Source: Aulosira sp. ZfuVER01 (GTDB lineage Bacteria > Cyanobacteriota > Cyanobacteriia > Cyanobacteriales > Nostocaceae). From it: a stretch of DNA of 64,000 nucleotides. The stretch spans positions 80,803 to 144,802 of the forward strand of contig JAVRCV020000051.1 of NCBI GenBank assembly GCA_034530615.2. The letters run 5' to 3'. Below the pieces are notes generated by a model. That model did no database searches and was not told the origin of the DNA. It saw only the letters and a list, made by a program, of their open reading frames with translations. Each line of letters opens with the position of its first letter. Within the stretch, counting starts at the first letter, position 1. Positions 53,455 through 63,747 of the stretch are shown piece after piece. A program made the translations under genes and the position numbers.

Positions 53455-54408
53455 ATGTCAGAATTTGTCTCTACTTACGGTTCGCTAATTGTCTCTATGG
53501 TATTAGGGGCATTATTGGGGCTATCACTTTACTTACCCTTAATGACTGGACAACTATCTTTAGCAAGCCCTGGATTTTATGCTTTAGGTGGTTATATTGC
53601 CGCAATTCTATCTACAAAAGTTTTTACATCTAGCAGTGGTTTATTTCCAATTCCACTGTTATTAATTGAGATGGTAATTGCTGGTGTAGTTTCCGGTTTA
53701 TTAGGTGCAGCCGTGGGAATCCCGGCGTTACGTTTGCGAGGTATTTATTTAGCGATCGCTACTATTGCTTTTGTAGAAGTTCTGCGTGTTCTCTCTCTAA
53801 ATTTGGATATTACAGGCGGTGCTGTTGGGATTTTTGGCATTCCTCAACCGTTTCAAACTCAAATTGAATATTTATGGATTGCATTGCCCTTACTCTTAAT
53901 TGCAATGGTACTTTTCTACCGTCTAGAACGCATGAAAGTAGGCAGAGCATTTACTGCAATTCGTGAAGATGAATTAGCAGCAGGGGCGATGGGAATTAAC
54001 CCCACTTACTACAAAGTTTTAGCATTTACATTAGGGGCAATTCTTGCAGGTGTTGTGGGTGCAATTAGCGCTCACTTCCTCAATACTTGGAATGCCCGTC
54101 AAGGAACTTTTGATGCTAGTATCATCTACTTAACTTTTGTGTTAATTGGTGGTTCTAGAACTTTTTTAGGTTCGATAGTGGGAGGAATGGTATTTACAGC
54201 CTTACCAGAAATTTTACGCAGCCTAGCCGATACAGGTGGATTACCTAATTGGGCAGCACAATTTTTACGAGATGGGAGGTTAATTATTTTTGGCTTACTA
54301 ATTGTCATAGGAACAATTTTCTTTCCCCAAGGCTTAGTGACACCAGATGTCTTTAAAAAACTTAAATTTAAAAATAAGCAATATGAGAAAAGGGAAAAAA
54401 GTTCATAA
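53455..54408 (+). CDS. livM: Amino acid ABC permease (LivM)
   Basis: GQLSL, LRLRGIYLAIAT, AIREDELAA, PQGL. Confidence 0.9.
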   Translation: MSEFVSTYGSLIVSMVLGALLGLSLYLPLMTGQLSLASPGFYALGGYIAAILSTKVFTSSSGLFPIPLLLIEMVIAGVVSGLLGAAVGIPALRLRGIYLAIATIAFVEVLRVLSLNLDITGGAVGIFGIPQPFQTQIEYLWIALPLLLIAMVLFYRLERMKVGRAFTAIREDELAAGAMGINPTYYKVLAFTLGAILAGVVGAISAHFLNTWNARQGTFDASIIYLTFVLIGGSRTFLGSIVGGMVFTALPEILRSLADTGGLPNWAAQFLRDGRLIIFGLLIVIGTIFFPQGLVTPDVFKKLKFKNKQYEKREKSS

Positions 54409-54895
54409 ATTGAAAGTTTTATTAGTAGTGGCGATCGCCTTACTATTTTTATGCATCACAACCCAGGTTCAAGCAGTTAAAACTGTTGTGAATACCTCAG
54501 TCAATCCCGATTATGTCAGGGCATTATTCACAGCAGATAAATTTCTATATACCTGGAAAACCAGAAATGTCTCAGAAGGTATAACTTTAGTTTCTCCTGC
54601 ACTTAGAAAGAAAATGTCTGATGAGCAGCTAAAAATTTATATATCTGGTACATCTAGCCCCAGTCATGCAGCTTTTGAAATTCATTCTGGGAGAAAGCTG
54701 TCAAATAACAGATATGGTTTTGAAGTTAAACTTTACGAATATCTTTACTCAGCAACACCTGAGTCTCAAAACTGGAAGTGTCCGCAATCGTCAAGAATTG
54801 TTTTGATTAAAACAGGAGTGGATAGTCCTCAATTCCGCGTAGGAAATTGGTTAGTTGATGAACTACCTAAAACTTGTGAATTACAATTAAAGTAA
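54383..54895 (+). CDS. Secreted hypothetical protein inserted in the ABC operon
   Basis: Signal peptide VLLVVAIALLFLC..VQA; ends WLVDELP..; start uncertain (54347, 54383 or 54410). Confidence 0.6.
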   Translation: MRKGKKVHKLKVLLVVAIALLFLCITTQVQAVKTVVNTSVNPDYVRALFTADKFLYTWKTRNVSEGITLVSPALRKKMSDEQLKIYISGTSSPSHAAFEIHSGRKLSNNRYGFEVKLYEYLYSATPESQNWKCPQSSRIVLIKTGVDSPQFRVGNWLVDELPKTCELQLK

Positions 54896-54897
54896 AA

Positions 54898-55683
54898 ATG
54901 TCTGAAAGTATTAGAGAAAATAATATTGTCTTAGAAGCAAAATCATTAACTCGCCGCTTTGGTGGACTAGTTGCAGTGAATAATGTATCTTTTGCAGTCA
55001 AAAAACATGAGATTTTTGGATTGATTGGCCCTAATGGTGCGGGGAAAACTACTTTATTTAATTTAATTACAGCTTTAATTCCACCTTCTGATGGACAATT
55101 AATTTACAAAGGTACAGATATTTCCCAATTACGTCCTTATAAAATTGCAGGTTTAGGTATCGCTCGGACTTTTCAAAATATTCGTTTATTTGGTGAATTA
55201 TCAGCCTTAGAAAATGTCATAATAGGCGGACATTTGCATACCAACAGTAGTATGTTTAAAGGAGTTCTAGGATTACCACCAGCGCCTAGTGAAGAATTTA
55301 AAAGTAGAAAGAAAGCTTTAGAGTTATTGGAACTAGTGGGATTGAGCGATCGCACTGAAGAAAAAGCTAAAAATTTTGCTTACGGCGATCAACGTCGCTT
55401 AGAAATCGCCCGCGCTTTAGCTTTGGAACCGCAAGTTTTACTCCTTGATGAACCAGCAGCAGGGATGAACCCCAGTGAAAAACAGCAACTCAGCGACTTT
55501 ATCCGCAGTCTCAGGGAACGCTTTAACTTAACGATCGTACTGATTGAGCATCATGTACCCTTAGTTATGGGATTGTGCGATCGCATTGCTGTTTTAGATT
55601 TTGGTCAATTAATCGCTTTGGGTGAACCCTCTGTTGTTAGGGACGATCCCGCCGTAATTGCAGCTTATTTGGGAAGTGGATGA
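54898..55683 (+). CDS. livG: ABC ATPase (LivG)
   Basis: GPNGAGKTT, RTFQN, AYGDQRRLE, LLDEP, AYLG. Confidence 0.92.
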   Translation: MSESIRENNIVLEAKSLTRRFGGLVAVNNVSFAVKKHEIFGLIGPNGAGKTTLFNLITALIPPSDGQLIYKGTDISQLRPYKIAGLGIARTFQNIRLFGELSALENVIIGGHLHTNSSMFKGVLGLPPAPSEEFKSRKKALELLELVGLSDRTEEKAKNFAYGDQRRLEIARALALEPQVLLLDEPAAGMNPSEKQQLSDFIRSLRERFNLTIVLIEHHVPLVMGLCDRIAVLDFGQLIALGEPSVVRDDPAVIAAYLGSG

Positions 55684-55698
55684 GGATTGTAACCGCCG

Positions 55699-56448
55699 AT
55701 GAACGCCGATGAACGCCGATATTTAAATGATAAAGAAGATTTTACGATTTTAGAGGTTCAAGACCTTGATGTGAATTATGGGGGCATTCAAGCTCTAAAA
55801 AAGATTAATTTAATCATTAAAAAAGGTGAGGTAGTAACTTTAATTGGTGCTAATGGTGCAGGCAAAACTACTACTCTCCGCGCTATATCTAAAATAATTA
55901 ATCCTAAAAGTGGACAAATTATCTACAGTGGACGGAATATTACCCGCCGTCAAGCTTATGAGGTAGTGAAACTGGGTATCGCTCATTGTCCTGAAGGACG
56001 TAGAGTATTAGCAAGACAAACAGTTTTAGATAATCTACTATTGGGTGCTTATATTCGTAACGACCAAAAAGAAATTAAAGCAGATATTGAGCATCAATAT
56101 GAGCTATTTCCGCGTTTAGCCCAAAGACGCAATCAACTAGCAGGAACTCTCAGCGGTGGCGAACAACAAATGTTAGCGATCGCTCGTGCTTTAATGAGCA
56201 GACCACAACTACTGCTTTTAGATGAACCTAGCTTAGGTTTAGCACCTGCGATCGTCCGCGAAATTTTTACGATTATTGAAAATTTACGGGCTACAGGCGT
56301 GACAATTTTATTAGTTGAGCAAAACGCTAATTTAGCTCTCCAAATTGCCGATAGAGGCTATGTTTTAGAAGCTGGTTGTATTACTTTAACAGGTGCAGCA
56401 TCAGAATTAATTAGTGATGAGCGAGTTAAAAAAGCTTATTTAGGATAG
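55699..56448 (+). CDS. livF: ABC ATPase (LivF)
   Basis: GANGAGKTT, PEGRR, LSGGEQQ, LDEPSLGLAP, VEQN. Confidence 0.92.
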   Translation: MNADERRYLNDKEDFTILEVQDLDVNYGGIQALKKINLIIKKGEVVTLIGANGAGKTTTLRAISKIINPKSGQIIYSGRNITRRQAYEVVKLGIAHCPEGRRVLARQTVLDNLLLGAYIRNDQKEIKADIEHQYELFPRLAQRRNQLAGTLSGGEQQMLAIARALMSRPQLLLLDEPSLGLAPAIVREIFTIIENLRATGVTILLVEQNANLALQIADRGYVLEAGCITLTGAASELISDERVKKAYLG

Positions 56449-56479
56449 CTTAATTGAATGAAGATGTAGGGCGTAATAT

Positions 56480-57043
56480 ATGGTACAGTTACCAACCAAA
56501 AATCTAACTTTAGAAGAGTTTTTAAAACTTCCTGAAACTAAACCAGCTAGTGAATATATCAATGGGCAAATTATTCAAAAACCTATGCCACGCGGAAAAC
56601 ATAGTAAATTACAGGTTAAGCTAGTTACTGGCATCAATCAAGTAACTGAGACCCAAAAAATTGCCCTAGCCTTTACAGAATTACGGTGTACCTTTGGCGG
56701 ACGTTCAATTGTACCTGATGTCGCTGTGTTTGCTTGGGAAAGAATTCCTGTAGATGCAAATGGAGATGTAGCGAATGTCTTTGAGGCGCATCCAGACTGG
56801 ACAATTGAAATTCTATCTCCCGATCAAAGCCAGACGAAAGTAACTGGAAATATATTGCATTGTCTAAAGTATGGTAGTAGCTTAGGTTGGCTGATCGATC
56901 CAGATGAAAGGTCTGTTTTAGTCTATCCACCAAAACAGCAGCCAGAACTTTTACAAGCAGAACAGGAAATATTACCAGTTCCTAATTTAGTGAGTAACCT
57001 GCAATTGACTGTAGGTCAGTTATTTGCATGGTTAAAGTTATAG
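56480..57043 (+). CDS. Uma2-family endonuclease-like protein
   Basis: LEEFLKLPETKPASEY, PDVAV, PDWTIEILSP, WLIDP. Confidence 0.9.
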   Translation: MVQLPTKNLTLEEFLKLPETKPASEYINGQIIQKPMPRGKHSKLQVKLVTGINQVTETQKIALAFTELRCTFGGRSIVPDVAVFAWERIPVDANGDVANVFEAHPDWTIEILSPDQSQTKVTGNILHCLKYGSSLGWLIDPDERSVLVYPPKQQPELLQAEQEILPVPNLVSNLQLTVGQLFAWLKL

Positions 57044-57061
57044 GCTGATGAGAACGTAGTA

Positions 57062-57493
57062 ATGTCTGAACAAATAATTAAAAATCAAATTTTAGATGAA
57101 TTAACTTGGAATAGCGACCTTGATTGCTGGTCTAGTCAAATTGAAATTACTCCTGATAATCTTGTCAATTTAAGTGTTGACACTGAGGATGTAGAAACAA
57201 CTGCTGTTATCGAACTTGCTTGTCATTCTTTCATCCGACTTCAAGAACAAGAAATAAACTATCGGCATTGTGCAGCTAACCAACTTCTTGATCTGTACAA
57301 TCATATCTGGAGTAATGGGGATGAAATTGACTGCCAAAGTTTCATGAAGCTCATAAAACTGGAAGACATCCACTTCAATTTCGATGGTAGCGCCAACCTT
57401 TACTATGATGATGGCGATCTATTTTGTGGGCACACAATTATTGTATCGATTGATTGTAACGGAGCTTTTGAAGACGCTAGAATTGCAGGCTAA
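57062..57493 (+). CDS. DUF2262-like acidic protein
   Basis: C-terminal YYDDGDLFCGHTIIV...ARIAG signature. Confidence 0.65.
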   Translation: MSEQIIKNQILDELTWNSDLDCWSSQIEITPDNLVNLSVDTEDVETTAVIELACHSFIRLQEQEINYRHCAANQLLDLYNHIWSNGDEIDCQSFMKLIKLEDIHFNFDGSANLYYDDGDLFCGHTIIVSIDCNGAFEDARIAG

Positions 57494-57761
57494 TAGCGCT
57501 ACATGAAAATAAAAATTTATATACAACGGAAAAATCAGCATTCAGGTGGATTGGGGTGGCCAGTTTATCCTTTAGGGTAGATAAAGGGCTGTAATGTTGA
57601 TTCTTGGTTACGCGAGCGATCGCAACCCTAATTTAAAAATAACTTTTATCTGAATTACGTCTGAAAACCCCTGCTATTTCGTTGATACTTGATGATTCCA
57701 CCAAATACCAACGTATTGCATTACGGTTAAGAGTTGTTGATATAGTTTGACAATCACCCAA

Positions 57762-59204
57762 ATGAATAATTTATCCAAAAAAAATGTTGTCATTATCGGA
57801 GGAGGACCTGCGGGATTAGGTGCAGCTTTAATGCTAGCCAAAAGAGGCTGGAAAGATATTACAGTTCTTGAAAAAAGACCATCAGCAGATTATTACGAAC
57901 CAGATAAATCATTTAACTATCAAATTGATGGTCGTGGGCAAAAATTAACTGATTTATTAGGGCTAACTGCCAAAATCGCTGATTTGAGCGTTCCTACTAC
58001 TGACTTTTACTTGACTCTTATTCAAAAAGACGGCACACGTAAAACAAGGAAATTAGCCAGTGCTGATTCTAAACGCAAAACTGCCTACTGGTTGCCACGA
58101 GCATCTTTTGTACAATCACTTTACCAAGAAATTGTACAATATTGGCAAAATTCAATTCAGGTCTTATTTAAGACTGAATGTGTAGAAATTAAACAACATC
58201 TAGACCATTTAGAAATTATTGCCCAATCTCAAGATCGGGAACAATTGACCTTTACTCCTACATTCATAGTAGGTTGTGATGGTTTAAACTCTATTGTGCG
58301 TCAAACCCTTTATAAAATGGAAGGTGAATCAAATTCCTTTGAAATGCAAAAATTTTCTTCTCCTAGTTCTGGTTTAAAATATAAAGTTCTTACCTTTCCG
58401 CCTCAATTTCCCTTATCAGAACAAGCAGAAGATGTAGCAGAATCTACAATGGCTTATGCCATTCGGTCTACTTTTAAAGGACGTACAAAAGCAATTTCTC
58501 TAGGGTTATTACCCTTAAAAAATCCGAATCAGCCAAGAACTGCAAATATTATTACCTACCCAGATCATCAAATTTGGCAATTAAAAACTCAAGCAGAAGT
58601 TGAAGAATTTTTAAAACAAGCCTTTCCTCAACTTCCTCTAGAAAAAATTCTTTCTCCTGAAGAAATAGCTAGGTTTACATCCAGTCCAGGGGGTAAATTT
58701 CCCATGCCTCAATATTGTTCGGGATTGTATAAAATCTGGGGAAAACCTGAAAATGCGCAAGGAACAGCCATAATATTATTGGGAGATGCAGTGCATTGTT
58801 TTCCCCCTGACATTGGACAAGGAGTTAATTCTGCTTTAGAAGATATCTATATTTTCCAAGAAATATTAGCCGAAACTCAAGATAATCTTTCTCTAGCACT
58901 TCCTCGCTATCAAAACCTCCGTGAACCTGATATCAAAGCCTTAATTTGCCTGGCACAAATTAGTTATCCTTGGCAATATAATCAAGACTATTTACAGAAA
59001 AATTTATGGACTATTAACTTTTTTCTTCGCTTAGTTTTGACTAAGTTATTTCCTTTGTTATTTAATCCCCATTCTTTTTTACTGATTCAAAATCAGGAAT
59101 TATCTTACTCAGAGATTCTCGCTAAAAGTAACAGGACTACTCAAGTGCTATCAATCTTAGGAGGATTGGTAATATTGGCTACACTTTTGAAAATTATAAA
59201 TTAG
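57762..59204 (+). CDS. Group A flavoprotein monooxygenase (kynurenine 3-monooxygenase-like)
   Basis: IIGGGPAGL, GCDG, LLGDAVHCFPPDIGQGVNSALED; C-terminal TM. Confidence 0.85.
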   Translation: MNNLSKKNVVIIGGGPAGLGAALMLAKRGWKDITVLEKRPSADYYEPDKSFNYQIDGRGQKLTDLLGLTAKIADLSVPTTDFYLTLIQKDGTRKTRKLASADSKRKTAYWLPRASFVQSLYQEIVQYWQNSIQVLFKTECVEIKQHLDHLEIIAQSQDREQLTFTPTFIVGCDGLNSIVRQTLYKMEGESNSFEMQKFSSPSSGLKYKVLTFPPQFPLSEQAEDVAESTMAYAIRSTFKGRTKAISLGLLPLKNPNQPRTANIITYPDHQIWQLKTQAEVEEFLKQAFPQLPLEKILSPEEIARFTSSPGGKFPMPQYCSGLYKIWGKPENAQGTAIILLGDAVHCFPPDIGQGVNSALEDIYIFQEILAETQDNLSLALPRYQNLREPDIKALICLAQISYPWQYNQDYLQKNLWTINFFLRLVLTKLFPLLFNPHSFLLIQNQELSYSEILAKSNRTTQVLSILGGLVILATLLKIIN

Positions 59205-59327
59205 AAAATTTCTCCTAGATTCGTATGAATATAAGCATCCATAAATTATATAATACTCTTGCCAATATCTGTAAAAGTTAAACTTAAAAATGCTGGTAAA
59301 TTTTAGTTTTCTATATTAATCAATTTT

Positions 59328-60713
59328 ATGACAACTAACTTTTCTTGGACTAAACAGTGGTATCCAATGACTCCTGTCAGTTATCTAGAAACCTCTCAAC
59401 CTACGCCAATAACTTTGCTTGGAAAGAAGCTAGTAATCTGGAAAGACAGACATCAAAAATGGGTAGCAATGGATGATGCTTGTCCCCATAAATTGGCACA
59501 GTTATCTTTAGGAACCATCAATGAAAATGGCAACCTAATGTGTCGTCATCATGGTTGGTGTTTTGATGGGTCAGGAAAATGTACAAATATTCCCATGTTT
59601 GATGATGAAAAGGCTTTAAACACTGCTTGTAATAGCGAGCGATCGCAAGTAACAACATACCCTACTCAAGTGCTACAAGGATTGCTATGGGTATGGGCAG
59701 ATAATAGTCCTACTGCTTTTGAGGATAGCACTTTAAAGCAACCTGCGGTAATGCCAGAATCTGAGCTTGATAGCTCGTTGAACGATTGGTTTATGTCAGA
59801 AGTTCCTGTAGGTTACAGTGTATCTTTGGAAAGTAGTTTTGACCCTTCTCACGCCCAATTTTTGCATGAAGGAAGTGCTGGATTTTCTCCAGAAAGAGCT
59901 ATTCCCATACAACATTTTGAAGTGTTGGGAGAAATGTCTGCTGAAGATGGTTTTACTTTAAAGCATTCTGGCTACAATATCTTTAACAAAGATATGGATG
60001 CAACTCGGAAGTTCACTCCACCCTGTTCTAATACAACAATTTACAAATATTCTAACGGTAAATCTGCTTTATTTCAGTTATATTTTGTGCCCACACAACC
60101 AGGTTATTGTAAACAAATTGGTAAGTTTATTATTGACAGCCCGCCACAAAAGCAGAATTTTTGGTTTGAGCTTCTGCCCAAATATTTACAAACTGGGTTA
60201 AAACATTCATCTAGTTATAAGTTGAGCAACCAAGATTTATCAATGATGCGCTCCCAAGCTGTTAACGAAGCTGTGGGAAATAGAACTTGGCAAAAATCAT
60301 ATTTTATGCCTTCAGTAGCTGACGTTGGCATCGTGACTTTTCGGAAATGGTTAGATGAGTTTGCTGGTGGTAAACCTGCATATCAGGGAGTAGCAGAAGC
60401 ACCTTTTAAAGAATTAAGTGATGAGCAACTATACAATATCTGGCACAGACATACAAAGCATTGTCCTAGTTGTCTGCAATCTCTAGTTTTGATAAATAAA
60501 GTCAAAAATTTGTGTCAAAATTTGGCGTTAGGGCTGACAATTTTAGCGTTGTTACTAATAGGAATTAATCTACCTATAAATATAGCGATCGCACCAGTTT
60601 TACTTGCTATGTTAAGTTTAATTGGTTCCTATAAATTAGATTCAATTCGAGAACGCTTTCTCAGCAGTATTCCCAAACAAGGTTTACCCGTTGTTGAATT
60701 ATATGAAAATTAA
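59328..60713 (+). CDS. Rieske/mononuclear-iron oxygenase, PaO/TIC55-like
   Basis: CPH...CRHHGW Rieske ligands; DPSHAQFLH iron site; RHTKHCPSC; C-terminal TMs. Confidence 0.88.
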   Translation: MTTNFSWTKQWYPMTPVSYLETSQPTPITLLGKKLVIWKDRHQKWVAMDDACPHKLAQLSLGTINENGNLMCRHHGWCFDGSGKCTNIPMFDDEKALNTACNSERSQVTTYPTQVLQGLLWVWADNSPTAFEDSTLKQPAVMPESELDSSLNDWFMSEVPVGYSVSLESSFDPSHAQFLHEGSAGFSPERAIPIQHFEVLGEMSAEDGFTLKHSGYNIFNKDMDATRKFTPPCSNTTIYKYSNGKSALFQLYFVPTQPGYCKQIGKFIIDSPPQKQNFWFELLPKYLQTGLKHSSSYKLSNQDLSMMRSQAVNEAVGNRTWQKSYFMPSVADVGIVTFRKWLDEFAGGKPAYQGVAEAPFKELSDEQLYNIWHRHTKHCPSCLQSLVLINKVKNLCQNLALGLTILALLLIGINLPINIAIAPVLLAMLSLIGSYKLDSIRERFLSSIPKQGLPVVELYEN

Positions 60714-60989
60714 CATCAAATAAAAAAACTGCGGTGATTTCAGGGTATTATCGATTGATATTAAAATTGCAGGCTAATACCGTTACATAGAACTTCAAAT
60801 TTGTTCTTAGTTCTGCTTTTTGCTCTCAGTCTTTTATGTCTCAGAAGAACAGATACACATTTAACATTCCCTGAAGTTAACTAATTTTTTACAAAACATT
60901 ACAATATTTATCATATATTTAGATTTGTAGCCCAGTTTTTGGGTGTCTATCTTTGTTGCGGATTGTATTCGCCTGAACAATATAAAGCC

Positions 60990-61637
60990 ATGAGTCAAAT
61001 CATCTGGATCGCAAGACACGCCAACCGCCTCGACTTTGTTAACCCTGATTGGTTTCTCACCGCTGAACGACGCTACGATCCACCTTTATCGGAGGATGGT
61101 TTCATTCAAGCAAAGCAACTAGCTAATCGCCTGAAGAAAGAAAAAATCAGTCATATTTTCGCTTCCCCATTCCTGCGAACAGTGCAGACAGCGAACGCAG
61201 TTGCAGAAGCGCTAGATTTACCGATTAAATTAGAAACTGGTTTGAGTGAATGGTTAAATCCCGCTTGGATGACAGAAGAACCAGAAAGACTTTCAACTCC
61301 AGCGTTAGCAGAATTATTTCCCAGAATCGATCTCACCTATACTCCCCACATTGCAGCTAAATATCCAGAAACACACGAACAAGTGCGGGGACGTTCTGGA
61401 CAAACGGCTAGATGTTTAGCTGCTGAATACTACCCAAAGAATATTCTGTTAGTAGGGCATGGTGCTTCTGTACTAGGGGCGGCTATGGGATTAGTAGGGG
61501 AAATTGCCAAAATGGAAGTAAAGGCTTCTTTATGTTCTTTAGTCAAGGTAGTGCTGCAAGACTCAGAATGGTTATTAGAACTTAAGGGGGATACTTCTCA
61601 TCTAGTCGAGATAGAGGAAGTAATTCGATTTGTTTAA
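60990..61637 (+). CDS. Histidine phosphatase (PGM family)
   Basis: IARHAN, SPFLRTVQT, LSE, VGHG. Confidence 0.9.
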   Translation: MSQIIWIARHANRLDFVNPDWFLTAERRYDPPLSEDGFIQAKQLANRLKKEKISHIFASPFLRTVQTANAVAEALDLPIKLETGLSEWLNPAWMTEEPERLSTPALAELFPRIDLTYTPHIAAKYPETHEQVRGRSGQTARCLAAEYYPKNILLVGHGASVLGAAMGLVGEIAKMEVKASLCSLVKVVLQDSEWLLELKGDTSHLVEIEEVIRFV

Positions 61638-61726
61638 ATCCTAGATAGAGATTTTGAATCCTGGCTTCCGCTAATCTAGATACATTGCCATGTACTGAGA
61701 AAGCCACTCTATTACTAATAAGTTTT

Positions 61727-62779
61727 ATGACATTATTACTAGCAGGAGACATCGGCGGGACGAAAACTATTCTGCGGTTGGCGGAAACTACAGACTCACC
61801 AGGATTCCATGAAACCTCAGACTCACATCTTTTACGCAATATTTACGAGGAGAGTTTTCACAGTCAAGACTTTCCCGATTTGGTGCCGATAGTCCAGCAG
61901 TTTCTAGCCAAAGCTAAGGCATCGACACCACAAAAAGCTTGCTTTGCGATCGCTGGCCCAGTAGTAAATAATACTGCCAAGCTGACAAATTTAGCTTGGT
62001 ATTTAGATAGCGAACGTCTACAACAAGATTTGGGGATTGCTTCTGTTTCTCTAATCAATGACTTTACTGCCGTTGGCTACGGCATTTTCGGCTTAAATAA
62101 CAAAAATTTGCTGACTTTACAAGCTGGAAAACCCAGACATGAAGCACCCATTGCTGTTATTGGTGCTGGTACTGGCTTAGGACAAGGATTTTTAATTAAG
62201 CAAGGAGAACACTATAAGGTATTTCCTTCAGAGGGTGGACACGCTGACTTTGCTGCGCGTACCGAGTTAGAGTTTCGGCTGATGAGATACCTGATGGATA
62301 AACATGATATCCAGCGTGTTTCTGTAGAACGAGTAGTTTCTGGGATGGGAATCGTCTCTATTTACCAATTTTTGCGCGATCAAAAAATTGCTGCTGAATC
62401 ACCAGATATTGCCCAAGTAGTCAGAATTTGGGAACAAGAGGCGGGAAAACCAGAGAAAAGCGTCGATCCAGGTGCGATTATTGGTACTGCTGCACTACAA
62501 GGACGCGATCGCCTTTGCGAACAAACTATGCACCTGTTTGTAGAACTTTATGGTGCAGAAGCCGGAAATCTTGCCATCAAACTTCTACCTTACGGCGGAT
62601 TATATATTGCTGGTGGTATCGCTCCGAAAATATTGCCCTTAATGCAAGAAGGTAGTTTCTTATTAAACTTCACCCAAAAAGGTAGGATGCGTTCCCTCCT
62701 CGAAGAAATACCGGTGTATATTATTCTCAATCAACAAGTAGGGCTAATTGGTGCTGCTTTGTATGCTGCTAGGTTATAA
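61727..62779 (+). CDS. glk: Glucokinase
   Basis: AGDIGGTK, INDF, GAGTGLG, SEGGH, ERVVSG, AGGIAPK, KGRM. Confidence 0.95.
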   Translation: MTLLLAGDIGGTKTILRLAETTDSPGFHETSDSHLLRNIYEESFHSQDFPDLVPIVQQFLAKAKASTPQKACFAIAGPVVNNTAKLTNLAWYLDSERLQQDLGIASVSLINDFTAVGYGIFGLNNKNLLTLQAGKPRHEAPIAVIGAGTGLGQGFLIKQGEHYKVFPSEGGHADFAARTELEFRLMRYLMDKHDIQRVSVERVVSGMGIVSIYQFLRDQKIAAESPDIAQVVRIWEQEAGKPEKSVDPGAIIGTAALQGRDRLCEQTMHLFVELYGAEAGNLAIKLLPYGGLYIAGGIAPKILPLMQEGSFLLNFTQKGRMRSLLEEIPVYIILNQQVGLIGAALYAARL

Positions 62780-62782
62780 CAG

Positions 62783-62902
62783 CTAGTACCGCTTTGCGGA
62801 ATTCAAAATTCAAAATTCAAAATTCAAAATAAGCAGAAGGCTTATGAAGCAAGCTTTTTGCTTATTTTGAGTCGAATATTTATTTCCGCTGTGCTGTACT
62901 AG
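62783..62902. mobile_element. CTAG-ended MITE-like repeat with AATTCAA heptamers
   Basis: CTAGTACCGC..CGG(AATTCAA)n...GCTGTACTAG; related to 49344-49433. Confidence 0.65.
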
Positions 62903-62940
62903 CAGTATCGGTGATATTAGCATCATCAAAAGCAAAAACT

Positions 62941-63543
62941 ATGACAATCAAAGTTTTATTGTCCTTACTTGCTGCCACACTTGTATGCAGCGGATCTTTA
63001 CTGGTTGAAGCGCGTCCACCCAAACCAAAGGTGACTCAAGCTAAACCTAAGGTTACTCAACCAGTGCAGCCACAATGGAAGTTGTTCACTGGCCCAGATG
63101 GACGCTTTAGCGTTTTGATGCCAGGAATGCCCAAAAGGGATACCCAAGCCCAAAAAACCTACATGGGGGAAATTAATTTAGAACTATTTATAGCTCAACC
63201 GCCAAAACAGGAAGTAGCTTATATAGTTGCTTACAATGACTTTCCTTACAGTTATGGTCAAATGGCGAACCCCCAAGAAGTACTTAATAATGCTAGGGAT
63301 ATAGCTTTAAAGACTACGAAAAGCAATTTAATTAGACAGCGAGATATTCGCAGTACCAATGGTCATCCTGGCAAAGAAATTGAGTATGTCAATGCTGGTG
63401 GCAAATTCACTAAAACCAGAATGTATTTTGCTCAAGGGCGCTTGTATCAAGTAATGGCTATAACCAGTAAAAAACAGCGTTACACTTTAGCTAAAACCAT
63501 CAATGGTTATTTAAATTCCTTCCATGTGGTTTTAAAAGCTTAA
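62941..63543 (+). CDS. Secreted hypothetical protein (possibly PsbP/DcrB-like fold)
   Basis: Signal peptide; WKLF..DGRFSVLMPG.P, GHPGKE, RLYQV, LNSF. Confidence 0.7.
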   Translation: MTIKVLLSLLAATLVCSGSLLVEARPPKPKVTQAKPKVTQPVQPQWKLFTGPDGRFSVLMPGMPKRDTQAQKTYMGEINLELFIAQPPKQEVAYIVAYNDFPYSYGQMANPQEVLNNARDIALKTTKSNLIRQRDIRSTNGHPGKEIEYVNAGGKFTKTRMYFAQGRLYQVMAITSKKQRYTLAKTINGYLNSFHVVLKA

Positions 63544-63747
63544 TGGTGCGACTAATTGTGCCAACCCGCAAGCTTATACAGTTTCACTTTAATCATGATA
63601 TAAATACGTTGGTAAGGGCACGGCAATGTTCCCTACGAAAAATCTATCTGTATCAAGATTTTCGTAAATTGGTATTACAGCTTGCGGGTTGTATGTTGGG
63701 TATGTGAGAAAACCATTTGTATTTAGACAAGCAAGACTTGAGAAATA

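Noticed and set aside
55691..55720. N-terminal MNADERR extension of livF as a functional motif
   Set aside because: It derives from a 10-nt tandem repeat (AACGCCGATG) overlapping the start region.
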